This document shows positions 26,122 to 34,716 of a stretch of 64,000 bases of DNA, in pieces; the stretch's first letter is position 1, and every line of letters begins with the position of its first letter. Made by a program: the position numbers and the translations under genes. This DNA comes from Candidatus Woesearchaeota archaeon (lineage in GTDB: Archaea; Nanobdellota; Nanobdellia; Pacearchaeales; GW2011-AR1), in NCBI GenBank assembly GCA_964545065.1, contig CAZJEO010000001.1:53338-117337 (forward strand). Reading direction: 5' to 3'. The notes under the pieces are model-generated. The model was not told the origin of the DNA. It ran no database searches and saw only the letters and a program-made list of their open reading frames with translations.

Positions 26122-26295
26122 GATTTATTAATCCTGCTTTCTATATTTTTAAAAAGAAGTGATCAGTCGTCTTCGTTGTTGGAATTTTCTTCGTCAGATT
26201 CACTTTCTTCAGGGTCTGATGTTGTAACATGGCCGACAGGTATGCTTCCATTTACCATAAATATCAGATGAATTAAATGTATATAAATTGTTCGA

Positions 26296-28095
26296 ATGAG
26301 GAAAAAAGTTAAAAAAATAGAAGAAGAAAGGAAAATAGATTTCAAATATAATCTTAAAGAGTATTGGGAAATTTTGAAGCGGCATAAAATAAAGTTTTTT
26401 TTGCTTTTGTTTATCACATTAATTGTTGAGGCATTGTTTTTGGTAGATAAATTTTTATTTAAAATTATTATTGATGATGGAACAGAATTTGTTGCTGGAA
26501 ATTTGGAGAAACCTATTTTTGTTCAAACATTGATTGTTATTGCAGGAATTTTTCTTGGGGTTTCGTTAATAAAAGTTATTGGGAAATGGTTGAATGTTCT
26601 TGTTTTAGCTGCCTTGAATACTAATCTTGTTTTGGAATTAAAAAGAAAATATTTTGACCACATACTTAGCTTGTCACATAATTTTCATAGCACTCATAAA
26701 ACTGGTTCGTTGATTTCACGGTTGATTCGTGGTTCTGGAGCAATAGAAAACCTGACTGATATTGCTGCGTTTAATTTTGCTCCGTTGATTTTTCAGTTGG
26801 TAATTGTGGGGGGTGCTTTGCTTTATTTTAATGTAACGTCGGCACTAGTTATTTTAATTGTTTCAATTACTTTTGTGGGTTATAGTTATTTGATTCAACA
26901 ATTGCAACAAAAGCATCGGTTGAAGTTGAATGAAGTTGAGGATAGAGAGAAGGGATTTGTTAGTGATATTTTTATGAATGTTGATTCGATTAAATATTTT
27001 GGAAAAGAGAATTTGATTAAAAGAAGATTTGGGGTTTTTGCTCGAAGGTCGCGGCTTTTTTCGCTTAAATATTGGAATTATTTCAAATGGTTTGATTCTG
27101 GACAAGTATTGATTCTTGCTCTTGGAACTTTTTTCATGGTTTATTTTCCATTGATGGAATTTCTTGATGGAGGAATGACTATTGGAACTTTGGTTTTCAT
27201 TTACACGGCTTATGGAAATGTTGTTGGTCCGATGTTTGGTTTTGTTTGGGGAATGAGGGGGTTCTATAGAGCAATGGCTGATTTGCAGGATTTGTTTAGT
27301 TATGGAAAAATCAAGAATGATGTTAAAGATAGAAAGGGTGCTAAGAATTTGAAAATTGAAAGAGGGAAGATTGAGTTTTCAAATATTGGATTTAATTATG
27401 GAAGGAGGAGAATTTTTAGAAACTTCAACCTTGCGATAAAACCTCATGAAAGAATTGCACTTGTTGGGCATTCTGGTTGTGGGAAAACGACTTTGATTAA
27501 ATTGCTTTATCGATTGTATGATGTTAAATCAGGGGCTATTTTAATTGATGGAACAGATATTGAAGAATTTAAACAAGAATCTTTGAGAAATGAATTGGGA
27601 ATTGTGCCGCAGGAGACTGTGTTATTTGATGATACGCTTTATAGGAATATTGCTTTTTCAAATCCAAAGGCTTCGCGAAAAGAAGTTATGCGGGCGATTA
27701 GGTTTGCGCAATTACATAAAATAATTAAGAGTTTTCCTCTAAAAGAAAATACTATTGTTGGGGAGAGAGGAGTTCGATTGTCTGGGGGAGAGAAGCAAAG
27801 GGTTTCGATTGCGCGGGCGATTTTGGCGAATAAGAAAATTTTGATTTTGGATGAAGCTACTTCTGCCTTGGACTCTGAGACAGAACATGAGATTCAGAAG
27901 AGTTTGGCAAAATTGTTAAAGGGTAGAACTTCCATAATTATAGCGCATAGACTCTCGACAATTATGGGAGCTGATAGGATTATTGTTATGAAAAAAGGAA
28001 AGATTATTCAACAAGGGAAGCATCGAAGTTTGATTAGGAAGCCAGGGGAATATAAGAGACTTTGGAATCTTCAAAAAGGAGGCTATATTAGGTAA
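26296..28095 (+). CDS. ABC transporter, fused permease/ATPase (MsbA-like exporter)
   Basis: Six-TM N-terminal half, Walker A GHSGCGKTT, signature LSGGEKQRVSIARA, Walker B ILILDEATSALD. Confidence 0.92.
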   Translation: MRKKVKKIEEERKIDFKYNLKEYWEILKRHKIKFFLLLFITLIVEALFLVDKFLFKIIIDDGTEFVAGNLEKPIFVQTLIVIAGIFLGVSLIKVIGKWLNVLVLAALNTNLVLELKRKYFDHILSLSHNFHSTHKTGSLISRLIRGSGAIENLTDIAAFNFAPLIFQLVIVGGALLYFNVTSALVILIVSITFVGYSYLIQQLQQKHRLKLNEVEDREKGFVSDIFMNVDSIKYFGKENLIKRRFGVFARRSRLFSLKYWNYFKWFDSGQVLILALGTFFMVYFPLMEFLDGGMTIGTLVFIYTAYGNVVGPMFGFVWGMRGFYRAMADLQDLFSYGKIKNDVKDRKGAKNLKIERGKIEFSNIGFNYGRRRIFRNFNLAIKPHERIALVGHSGCGKTTLIKLLYRLYDVKSGAILIDGTDIEEFKQESLRNELGIVPQETVLFDDTLYRNIAFSNPKASRKEVMRAIRFAQLHKIIKSFPLKENTIVGERGVRLSGGEKQRVSIARAILANKKILILDEATSALDSETEHEIQKSLAKLLKGRTSIIIAHRLSTIMGADRIIVMKKGKIIQQGKHRSLIRKPGEYKRLWNLQKGGYIR

Positions 28096-29303
28096 TGAAA
28101 GACTTGGGAAAAAAAGCTCGGGCATATGCTTTGAAAAATGCTGTGGCACATGGCGGGAAAGCTATGCAAGGAAATGTTATTGCTGGTTTGTTTAACGAAG
28201 GTTTGAAGAAAAATGAAGTTGGAAAATATGTTAAAGATATTTCTAAAATTGTTTCTGAGGTGAATAAATTATCTTTAGATGAGCAGAAGAAAGAACTTGA
28301 GGGAGATAAAGAAATTATAAGCGAGAGAAAAGTTCGTGAAGGTTTGCCTGAATTGCCTGGTGCTAAAAAAGGAAAGGTTATAATGAGATTTGCTCCAAGT
28401 GCTTCTGGAGGATTTCATATTGGACATGCTTTGACTTCAAGTATTTCTTTTGATTATGTTATGAAGTATGGTGGAATTTTTTATGTAAGAATTGAAGATA
28501 CAAATCCAGAGAATATTTACAAGCCTGCTTATGATATGATTAAGAAAGAGAGCAAGTGGCTTTTTGATGGAAAGGCAAAGGTTGTGATTCAATCTGACAG
28601 AATGGAATTGTATTACAAATATGTTGAGAAATTGATTAGGAAAAATGCTGTTTATGTTTGTACTTGTGAATCTGAAACTTTCAAATATTTTGTTTCTGAA
28701 AAAAAGAATTGTCCTTGTCGGAAATTAGATGCTAAGGAGAATATGGAAAGATGGAAAAAGATGTTAAGTAAATCTAAAGATGCGTTTAAAGGGGGGGAAG
28801 CTGTTTTGAGATTTAAATCAAACATGAAAGATAAGAATCCTGCGATGAGGGATTTTCCTTTGGCAAGAATTAATTTGACAGAACATCCTAGACAGAAAAA
28901 GAAATATCGTGTTTGGCCGTTGATGAATTTGGCTGTGACTGTTGATGATATTGAAATGAAGATGACGCATATTATTCGAGCGAAGGAACATCGAGATAAT
29001 GAGAAAAGACAGAGGATGATTTACAAAGCGTTGGGCAAGGAGAAACAATTTCCCTGGACTGGTTTTTTAGGAAGATGGAAGTTTACTGACATGGAATTGT
29101 CTTCTACAAAGTTTACCCAGGGAATTAGGGAAGGAAAGTATTCTGGATGGGATGATCCACAGTTACCTACAATTGCTTCTTTGAAAAAGCAGGGCTATAA
29201 GCCAGAAACTTTTTGGAAATTTGCAGAGCACATTGGTTTTTCAGAGAATGATAAAGTTATTGACAAAAAAGAATTCTTTAGATTGTTGGATAGTTTTAGA
29301 TAA
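28095..29303 (+). CDS. gltX: glutamyl-tRNA synthetase, catalytic core only (C-terminally short)
   Basis: Archaeal-type N-terminus AYALKNAVAHGGKA, FAPSASGGFHIGHA (HIGH), RIEDTNPE, GWDDPQLPT. Ends at 402 aa where archaeal GluRS normally continues with the anticodon-binding domain. Confidence 0.75.
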   Translation: MKDLGKKARAYALKNAVAHGGKAMQGNVIAGLFNEGLKKNEVGKYVKDISKIVSEVNKLSLDEQKKELEGDKEIISERKVREGLPELPGAKKGKVIMRFAPSASGGFHIGHALTSSISFDYVMKYGGIFYVRIEDTNPENIYKPAYDMIKKESKWLFDGKAKVVIQSDRMELYYKYVEKLIRKNAVYVCTCESETFKYFVSEKKNCPCRKLDAKENMERWKKMLSKSKDAFKGGEAVLRFKSNMKDKNPAMRDFPLARINLTEHPRQKKKYRVWPLMNLAVTVDDIEMKMTHIIRAKEHRDNEKRQRMIYKALGKEKQFPWTGFLGRWKFTDMELSSTKFTQGIREGKYSGWDDPQLPTIASLKKQGYKPETFWKFAEHIGFSENDKVIDKKEFFRLLDSFR

Positions 29304-29358
29304 GTTACGTCGGCATAGAAATGTTTTTAAATTAGAATATACTTTATAGAATATTAAA

Positions 29359-29363
29359 GGAGG
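29359..29363 (+). promoter_or_regulatory. Shine-Dalgarno-like GGAGG before the pilin gene
   Basis: AAGGAGGT lies 5 nt upstream of ATG 29369. A TATA-like GTTTTTAAAT is at 29323..29332. Confidence 0.45.
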
Positions 29364-29368
29364 TTAAT

Positions 29369-29830
29369 ATGATTAATAATAAAAAGGGTTTGTCAGCGAT
29401 TGTAACTACTCTTTTAGTGATACTTTTGGTTTTAGTTGCTGTTGGTATTGTTTGGGGAGTTGTAAGCAATATTTTTCAGGGTGGAGAAGAAACTGCTGAA
29501 TTGAGTGAAATGTGTTTATACACAGATGTTCGAGTAACTGCTGCAACATGTACACCCGCACCTGCAGGCATATGTTCTATTAGTCTAGATAGAACTGGTA
29601 TAACTGATGATGCGCTGGGTGGAGCAAAACTAGTTTTTGAAAATTCAACTGGGACTAGATCTTCAGTAGTAGATTTTCCAGGAGATATAGAAAAATTAGT
29701 TGGTAGCACTAATTTGACTCTAAATAGTGGGATTGCAAATGCAACTAAAGTGGAGGTTACACCTTACTTTATAGATGCTTCTGGAAACGACGACATTTGT
29801 CCAGGAAGTCCAACAAAATTTAGTTTTTAA
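29369..29830 (+). CDS. archaeal type IV pilin-like protein (class III signal peptide)
   Basis: MINNKKGLSAIVTTLLVILLVLVAVGIVWGVV shows a KG/LS prepilin-peptidase-type site followed by a hydrophobic helix. Confidence 0.75.
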   Translation: MINNKKGLSAIVTTLLVILLVLVAVGIVWGVVSNIFQGGEETAELSEMCLYTDVRVTAATCTPAPAGICSISLDRTGITDDALGGAKLVFENSTGTRSSVVDFPGDIEKLVGSTNLTLNSGIANATKVEVTPYFIDASGNDDICPGSPTKFSF

Positions 29831-31007
29831 TTTTATTTTTTATAACGACGTAAACTTCGTCGTTTTTTCTTACTTTTTTTAATTTTATTCCGATTTCATC
29901 GCCTTTGTTTGCTTTTTGAACTTCTTTGTTTTTTATTTCAATATGCTGGATTTTTGATTTTTTTATTCCAGTTGTTTTACCAATTATGATAATTTCGTCA
30001 CCGACTTTTACTTGTGAAGAAACTTTTATTGTTGCTACGCCGAGTTTTGAAAAATAGTGGAGGACTTTTCCTATGAAATGTTTTTTCTCTGTTGCTTCAC
30101 TATTTTCTGTATTTGTGAAATCGTCGCTTGTTGGAATCTTGTTGTAGAATCCTGATGAGAATTTTCTGTTGTAAACTTTTTTTAATTCTTCGATGGAATC
30201 TTTTAATTCTTGGGGAGATAAAGTTTTATCAAGAGCTTTTCTATAAATTTTCACGACTGTATCAACATAACGTGCATCCCTGTTTCTGCCTTCGATTTTG
30301 AAACTTACTATTCCTGTTTGTTTCATTTTTTCTATGAATGGTAAAGTGCAAAGGTCTTTTGCTGAGAAAACTTTATTGTTGTTTACTTTTAGTTCATTGC
30401 CTTCTTCATCTTTTACTTGGTAAGTTCTTCGACAGGGGTGTAAACATTCTCCACGGTTGGCTGATTTATTAAATAAGAATTGTGATGTGAAACATCTCCC
30501 TGAAACAGAGACGCACATTGCTCCGTGGCAAAAGCATTCAGGATCAATTATTTTTGAGATTTCTTTAATTTGTTTTAAGTTTAATTCACGTGCAAGGACT
30601 GCTCTTTTTGCTCCGAGATTTTTGTAGAATTTTGCTGCTTCAATGTTTGAAACAGATGCTTGAGTTGAAACAAAGAAAGGGATTTTGTATTTGTTGCATA
30701 ATTTGATTACTGCTAAATCCCAACAGATGATTGCATCAACTTTTCCCCTGACTTTTTTGATTACTTTTTCTAATTGTTTTATTTCTTGGTTGTAAATTAT
30801 TGTGTTTAAAGTCAAGTATCTTTGGACGTTTTTTGGTTTGCATATTTTTTCTATTTTATCTAAGTCTTTGATTGTGAAGTTTCTTGCTGTTGCTCGCATT
30901 GAAAATTCTTTTAAGCCGAAATAAACTGCGTCTGCTCCTGCGTTTACAGCTGCGACTAGCATTGGAAAATTTCCTGCTGGAGCGAGTAGTTCGTATTTAT
31001 TTTTCAT
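29820..31007 (-). CDS. peptidase U32 family protein
   Basis: ELLAPAGNFPMLVAAVNAGADAVYFG start and a conserved Cys-rich core (CFCHGAMCVSVSGRC). Confidence 0.85.
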   Translation of the reverse strand: MKNKYELLAPAGNFPMLVAAVNAGADAVYFGLKEFSMRATARNFTIKDLDKIEKICKPKNVQRYLTLNTIIYNQEIKQLEKVIKKVRGKVDAIICWDLAVIKLCNKYKIPFFVSTQASVSNIEAAKFYKNLGAKRAVLARELNLKQIKEISKIIDPECFCHGAMCVSVSGRCFTSQFLFNKSANRGECLHPCRRTYQVKDEEGNELKVNNNKVFSAKDLCTLPFIEKMKQTGIVSFKIEGRNRDARYVDTVVKIYRKALDKTLSPQELKDSIEELKKVYNRKFSSGFYNKIPTSDDFTNTENSEATEKKHFIGKVLHYFSKLGVATIKVSSQVKVGDEIIIIGKTTGIKKSKIQHIEIKNKEVQKANKGDEIGIKLKKVRKNDEVYVVIKNKIKN

Positions 31008-31114
31008 GGTTTTTGGATATTGATATTAGTATATAAATTGCTCGCTTCGCTCGATTGATAGAATAGATAATTTAGATTCGCAGGGTTTTCAGTTATCAGT
31101 TACGTTGATTTGCG
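31008..31114. repeat. repeated promoter cassette, copy 2 (TATA + CTCGCTTCGCTCG-N20-AGATTCGC)
   Basis: 25 nt at 31030..31054 are identical to 36869..36893. The flanks are also similar. The minus-strand TTTATATA lies 22 nt upstream of ATG 31007. Confidence 0.7.
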
Positions 31115-31129
31115 AACTTGGGTGAGTAA

Positions 31130-31549
31130 TTAATCAAGGTATTTTTCTGGATTACAGAAATATTCTAGAAGTAAATTAGCATAAATAACTAAGTCCATTG
31201 TTTTAACTTCTTGGGGTTCTACCCATGTAAATTCAGAATGTTTTTTTGGATCTAGAGTAATATCTTTTTGTGGTGCTTCAAGAAGATAAATTTTGCAATG
31301 GCTATCATAATTTTTATCTGTTATTCTTAATTCTGGAAGTTCTTTTATTATTTTGCAATCTAACTCTGTTTCTTGTTTTGTTTCTCTTAAAATTGTTTCT
31401 TCAGGAGTTTTACTTTCTTCAATTTCTCCTCCAGAACATTCCCATTTTCCTATGTTTTCTGGAAAATATGCATCTTCTGCTTTTTTGAGTAAAAGATATT
31501 TTCCATTGTGCCTTATGAGTGCTTTTGCAATTTTTATTTCTGTTACCAT
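31130..31549 (-). CDS. NUDIX hydrolase
   Basis: Nudix box GGEIEESKTPEETILRETKQETEL. Confidence 0.85.
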   Translation of the reverse strand: MVTEIKIAKALIRHNGKYLLLKKAEDAYFPENIGKWECSGGEIEESKTPEETILRETKQETELDCKIIKELPELRITDKNYDSHCKIYLLEAPQKDITLDPKKHSEFTWVEPQEVKTMDLVIYANLLLEYFCNPEKYLD

Positions 31550-31612
31550 AGTTTAGAGGGGTAATTAAGATATATAAATTTTTAAAATTTGTATAGCAAC
31601 TCTTTTAAGATT

Positions 31613-32761
31613 ATGTTTCTTATTATAACTATGGGAGTTATCGTAAAAAAAGGTGATAAAAAGATTACCTTGGAGGAAATAAAACGAAATATCAAATATT
31701 TTTCGTGGGCATGTGCTTTGTTTGCTTTGATGATTTGGATTTTTTTTATATGGATGTTTTTTAATACCCAAAATTATTCATTATTTTTTATCTATTTTTT
31801 AATAGCTATTTTTATTGTTATTTTTGTTCAACGAATGATTTTTTGTTATGTAATTAAAAAAGCAAGAAAAAAACATAAAAAATTTCTGAAAGATTTGTTG
31901 ATTTTTAAAGTAAATAGGAAAAGGTTTTTCACAATTTCTGGATTAACTCTTTTTTCAAGTGTGATTTTTTTTATTGCGTTAATGATGTTGGTGGTCCCAA
32001 ATATTGAAATTGTGCAGGCAGAGCAAATAGTTTTTTGGGCTCATCGTGGAAATTCTGTTGATTTTATTGAGAATACAATTCCTGCTTTTGAAGATGCTGT
32101 GGAACAGGAAAAATACAAATTTATAGAATTTGATGTTCAATATACTAAGGATAAAAAAATAATTGTTTTCCATGATGCAAATTTATTTAGATTACAAAAG
32201 AAACTTTATTCTATTGAAAAATTAACATATGAAGAGTTGCTTAATGTTAGTGATTATTATGTACCTCTTTATTCTGAAGTTATGGATATAATTGCTACAA
32301 AAAAACCAGTTAGTCTTGAAATAAAATCTCAGGGGAATTTCTCAGATGATAAAATTCTTGTGGATTTTCTTGTTGAAGATTGCAAAAAAAGAGGAGTTTT
32401 TAATACAACCTTATTCATTTCTATTTCTTCAGATATTATTGAATATATTTCTGAAAAATATCCTGATGCTGAAACAGGGAAAGTTTACTATGTTGTTTCT
32501 AGTAGTTTTTTGAATTTTGATGTTTTTACCTCCCAAATTTATGAAGAAGCAGAAAGGATTGGTGCAGATTACATTATGCTTCATGCAAGTAATTTGAAGA
32601 ACTATAATTCCTTGAGAAATATTAAAGCTAAGGACCAGACAATAGTTTTTTGGTATTTGACTAATGATCAGATATATGTTGTTAATCCCAAGGAAGAAAG
32701 TTGGTTAACAGGTCGGATAATAAAGAAATTTAAATCTCCTTGCTTTTGGTGGTGTGATTAG
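31613..32761 (+). CDS. membrane-anchored glycerophosphodiester phosphodiesterase (GDPD)
   Basis: ORF 31589..32761. N-terminal TM helices, then WAHRGNS..ENTIPAFEDA..FEFDVQYTKD..IVFHD. ATG 31613 follows a TATA-rich stretch. Confidence 0.75.
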   Translation: MFLIITMGVIVKKGDKKITLEEIKRNIKYFSWACALFALMIWIFFIWMFFNTQNYSLFFIYFLIAIFIVIFVQRMIFCYVIKKARKKHKKFLKDLLIFKVNRKRFFTISGLTLFSSVIFFIALMMLVVPNIEIVQAEQIVFWAHRGNSVDFIENTIPAFEDAVEQEKYKFIEFDVQYTKDKKIIVFHDANLFRLQKKLYSIEKLTYEELLNVSDYYVPLYSEVMDIIATKKPVSLEIKSQGNFSDDKILVDFLVEDCKKRGVFNTTLFISISSDIIEYISEKYPDAETGKVYYVVSSSFLNFDVFTSQIYEEAERIGADYIMLHASNLKNYNSLRNIKAKDQTIVFWYLTNDQIYVVNPKEESWLTGRIIKKFKSPCFWWCD

Positions 32762-32848
32762 TTTGTATTGTTTTGTATAATTTTAATTAAAAGTTTGAGT
32801 ATAAACTTTTAAAAAATTGTATACATGATAGTTAAGTTTAAAAATTCT

Positions 32849-33283
32849 TTACAAAGAAGAAAGTATTTTTTTAACACTCTCTGTTATAGGATACTTTTCT
32901 AATTCCTCTTTTTCAGCCCAAACATGACTATCATGTTCAGTTAGCTTAACTTCTCCGTCATCTTCTACAACTACTATGAAATTAAATTGTCTTGTTTTTT
33001 TTCCACTTTTAGATTCGTAATCAAAGTGTCCTAAGTAATCTATAATTTCTTTTATTTTTAATCCTGTTTCTTCTAAAACCTCCCTAATTAATGCTTGATC
33101 AAGAATCTCTTCTTCTTCAACTTTCCCACTTGCTAATTCAAAAATGCCCCCCATAAAGTCATCTTTTGGTCTTTTTAATAATAAAAATCCACTGCCTTTT
33201 TTTATAACTGCTCCAACTACAAATCTGCTTATTTGATCTCCTAAGGCTTTTTCTACCAGTTCGTTATAAAATTTTTCGTCCAT
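32849..33283 (-). CDS. NUDIX hydrolase
   Basis: Nudix box SGKVEEEEILDQALIREVLEETGL. Confidence 0.85.
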   Translation of the reverse strand: MDEKFYNELVEKALGDQISRFVVGAVIKKGSGFLLLKRPKDDFMGGIFELASGKVEEEEILDQALIREVLEETGLKIKEIIDYLGHFDYESKSGKKTRQFNFIVVVEDDGEVKLTEHDSHVWAEKEELEKYPITESVKKILSSL

Positions 33284-33437
33284 TTATTTTTATTAGTTAG
33301 TTAAGTTTAAAAATACTATTTTCCTTGCAAAATTATGATAGCTAAGTTAAATTATGGGTATTGTCCCCATCATTGTTAAGAAAGATTTCTTTAGCTGCGC
33401 AAATATTTTTATACCTTATTCAACTGAATTAAATTAT

Positions 33438-33509
33438 GGTGACTGTAGTTTAATGGTAGAACGTGTGGTTGTGGTCCGCAAGACGAGGGTTCGATTCCCT
33501 TCTTTCACC
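33438..33509 (+). tRNA. tRNA-His (GUG) with encoded G-1
   Basis: G-1 opposite C73; D arm GTTT-AATGGTA-GAAC; anticodon arm TGTGG-TTGTGGT-CCGCA; T arm GAGGG-TTCGATT-CCCTT. The acceptor stem GTGACTG/CTTTCAC has two adjacent pyrimidine mismatches (5:68, 6:67). Confidence 0.7.
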
Positions 33510-33526
33510 CTTTTGGAGAAAAGAGA

Positions 33527-34714
33527 ATGAAAAAAAATAGCACCCAAGGGCGTACCCCGAAAAATTCTTTTCAAGAATTTTTACAAAGGGCAAAAATAAC
33601 TAAAGGATTTAGAGATTATACTGGAGAAGAAGCTCAAAAAAGAGCAGAGATTCGAAAGGCTTTGGTTGAGATTTTTGAGACATATGGGTTTGAGCCAGCT
33701 GAGACTCCGATTATTGAGAGTGAGGAATTTGTGAAGGGTGAGAATGCGCAGGATGAATCTGTGAGCGATATTTTTAAATTGCAAGATAAGGGGAAGCGGA
33801 AACTTGCGTTGCGTTATGAATTGACTTTTCCGTTGCAAAGAATTATGAAGAATAAGAAACTTCCTTATAGAACTTATAGGATTGGGGAAGTTTTTAGGGA
33901 CGAGCCTGTTTCAGCAAATCGTGTTAGACAGTTTACTTCTTGTGATGCAGATATTATTGGCGTGCAAAATATTGCAGAAGAAGCAGAGATTTTTTCATTG
34001 ATTAAAACTATTTTGGATAAGCTCAATATAAAATTTACAATTTATGTAAACAATAGAAAACTGTTGAACGAAATTTTAAATGAACAGAAAATTAAGAATG
34101 TGTCTGAGGTTGTGAGAATTTTAGATAAGCTTGATAAAAAACCAGAGAAAGAAGTGAAAGAAGAATTGAAGAAATTTGGGGCAGAGAAAATTGTGGGTAT
34201 TTTGAAAAAGCCAGAAAACTATTTTAAGAAATATGACTCTTATAAAGAAATTATTGCATTGCAAAAATATTGCAAGTATTATAATGTTAAAATTAAATTT
34301 GTTCCTAATTTAGTGCGTGGGTTGAGTTATTATAATGGAACTATTTTTGAAGTGAAGTCAGATATTCGGGAAACGATTATTGGCGGAGGCGCGTTTGTTT
34401 TTAATAATGTTCAGTCGATTGGGTTTGGAGTTAGTATAGAAAGATTGTCTGCTGTTTCAAAGATAGAAGTTGAAAAATTAGAAACTTTGATTATTAGTAT
34501 TGGACAAGATAGAGAAGCGATAAAATTATCTGAAAGACTTCGTGCGAAAGGAAAGAATGTTTTGATTTATTATGGGAAGCCGTCGAAGGCCATGGAATAT
34601 GCGAACAGCAAAGGAATTGGTGAAGTTATTTTTGTTGGAAAGAAAGAAGTTGCAAGTGGAAAGTTTAAGATTAAGGATATGAAGAGTGGTGGGGAGAGAG
34701 TTTTGAGGGTTTGA
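33527..34714 (+). CDS. hisS: histidyl-tRNA synthetase
   Basis: Class II motifs LALRYELTFPLQR and RIGEVFRDEPVSANRVRQFTSCDADIIG, with a C-terminal anticodon-binding-like domain. Begins 18 nt after tRNA-His. Confidence 0.85.
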   Translation: MKKNSTQGRTPKNSFQEFLQRAKITKGFRDYTGEEAQKRAEIRKALVEIFETYGFEPAETPIIESEEFVKGENAQDESVSDIFKLQDKGKRKLALRYELTFPLQRIMKNKKLPYRTYRIGEVFRDEPVSANRVRQFTSCDADIIGVQNIAEEAEIFSLIKTILDKLNIKFTIYVNNRKLLNEILNEQKIKNVSEVVRILDKLDKKPEKEVKEELKKFGAEKIVGILKKPENYFKKYDSYKEIIALQKYCKYYNVKIKFVPNLVRGLSYYNGTIFEVKSDIRETIIGGGAFVFNNVQSIGFGVSIERLSAVSKIEVEKLETLIISIGQDREAIKLSERLRAKGKNVLIYYGKPSKAMEYANSKGIGEVIFVGKKEVASGKFKIKDMKSGGERVLRV

Positions 34715-34716
34715 AG

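Noticed and set aside
26163-26417. 84-aa minus-strand ORF overlapping the start of the ABC transporter.
   Set aside because: The long form overlaps a well-supported gene by 120 nt, and its N-terminal two-thirds is a hydrophobic antisense artefact. Only the 31-aa acidic C-terminal part (26163..26258) was retained, as a weak observation.
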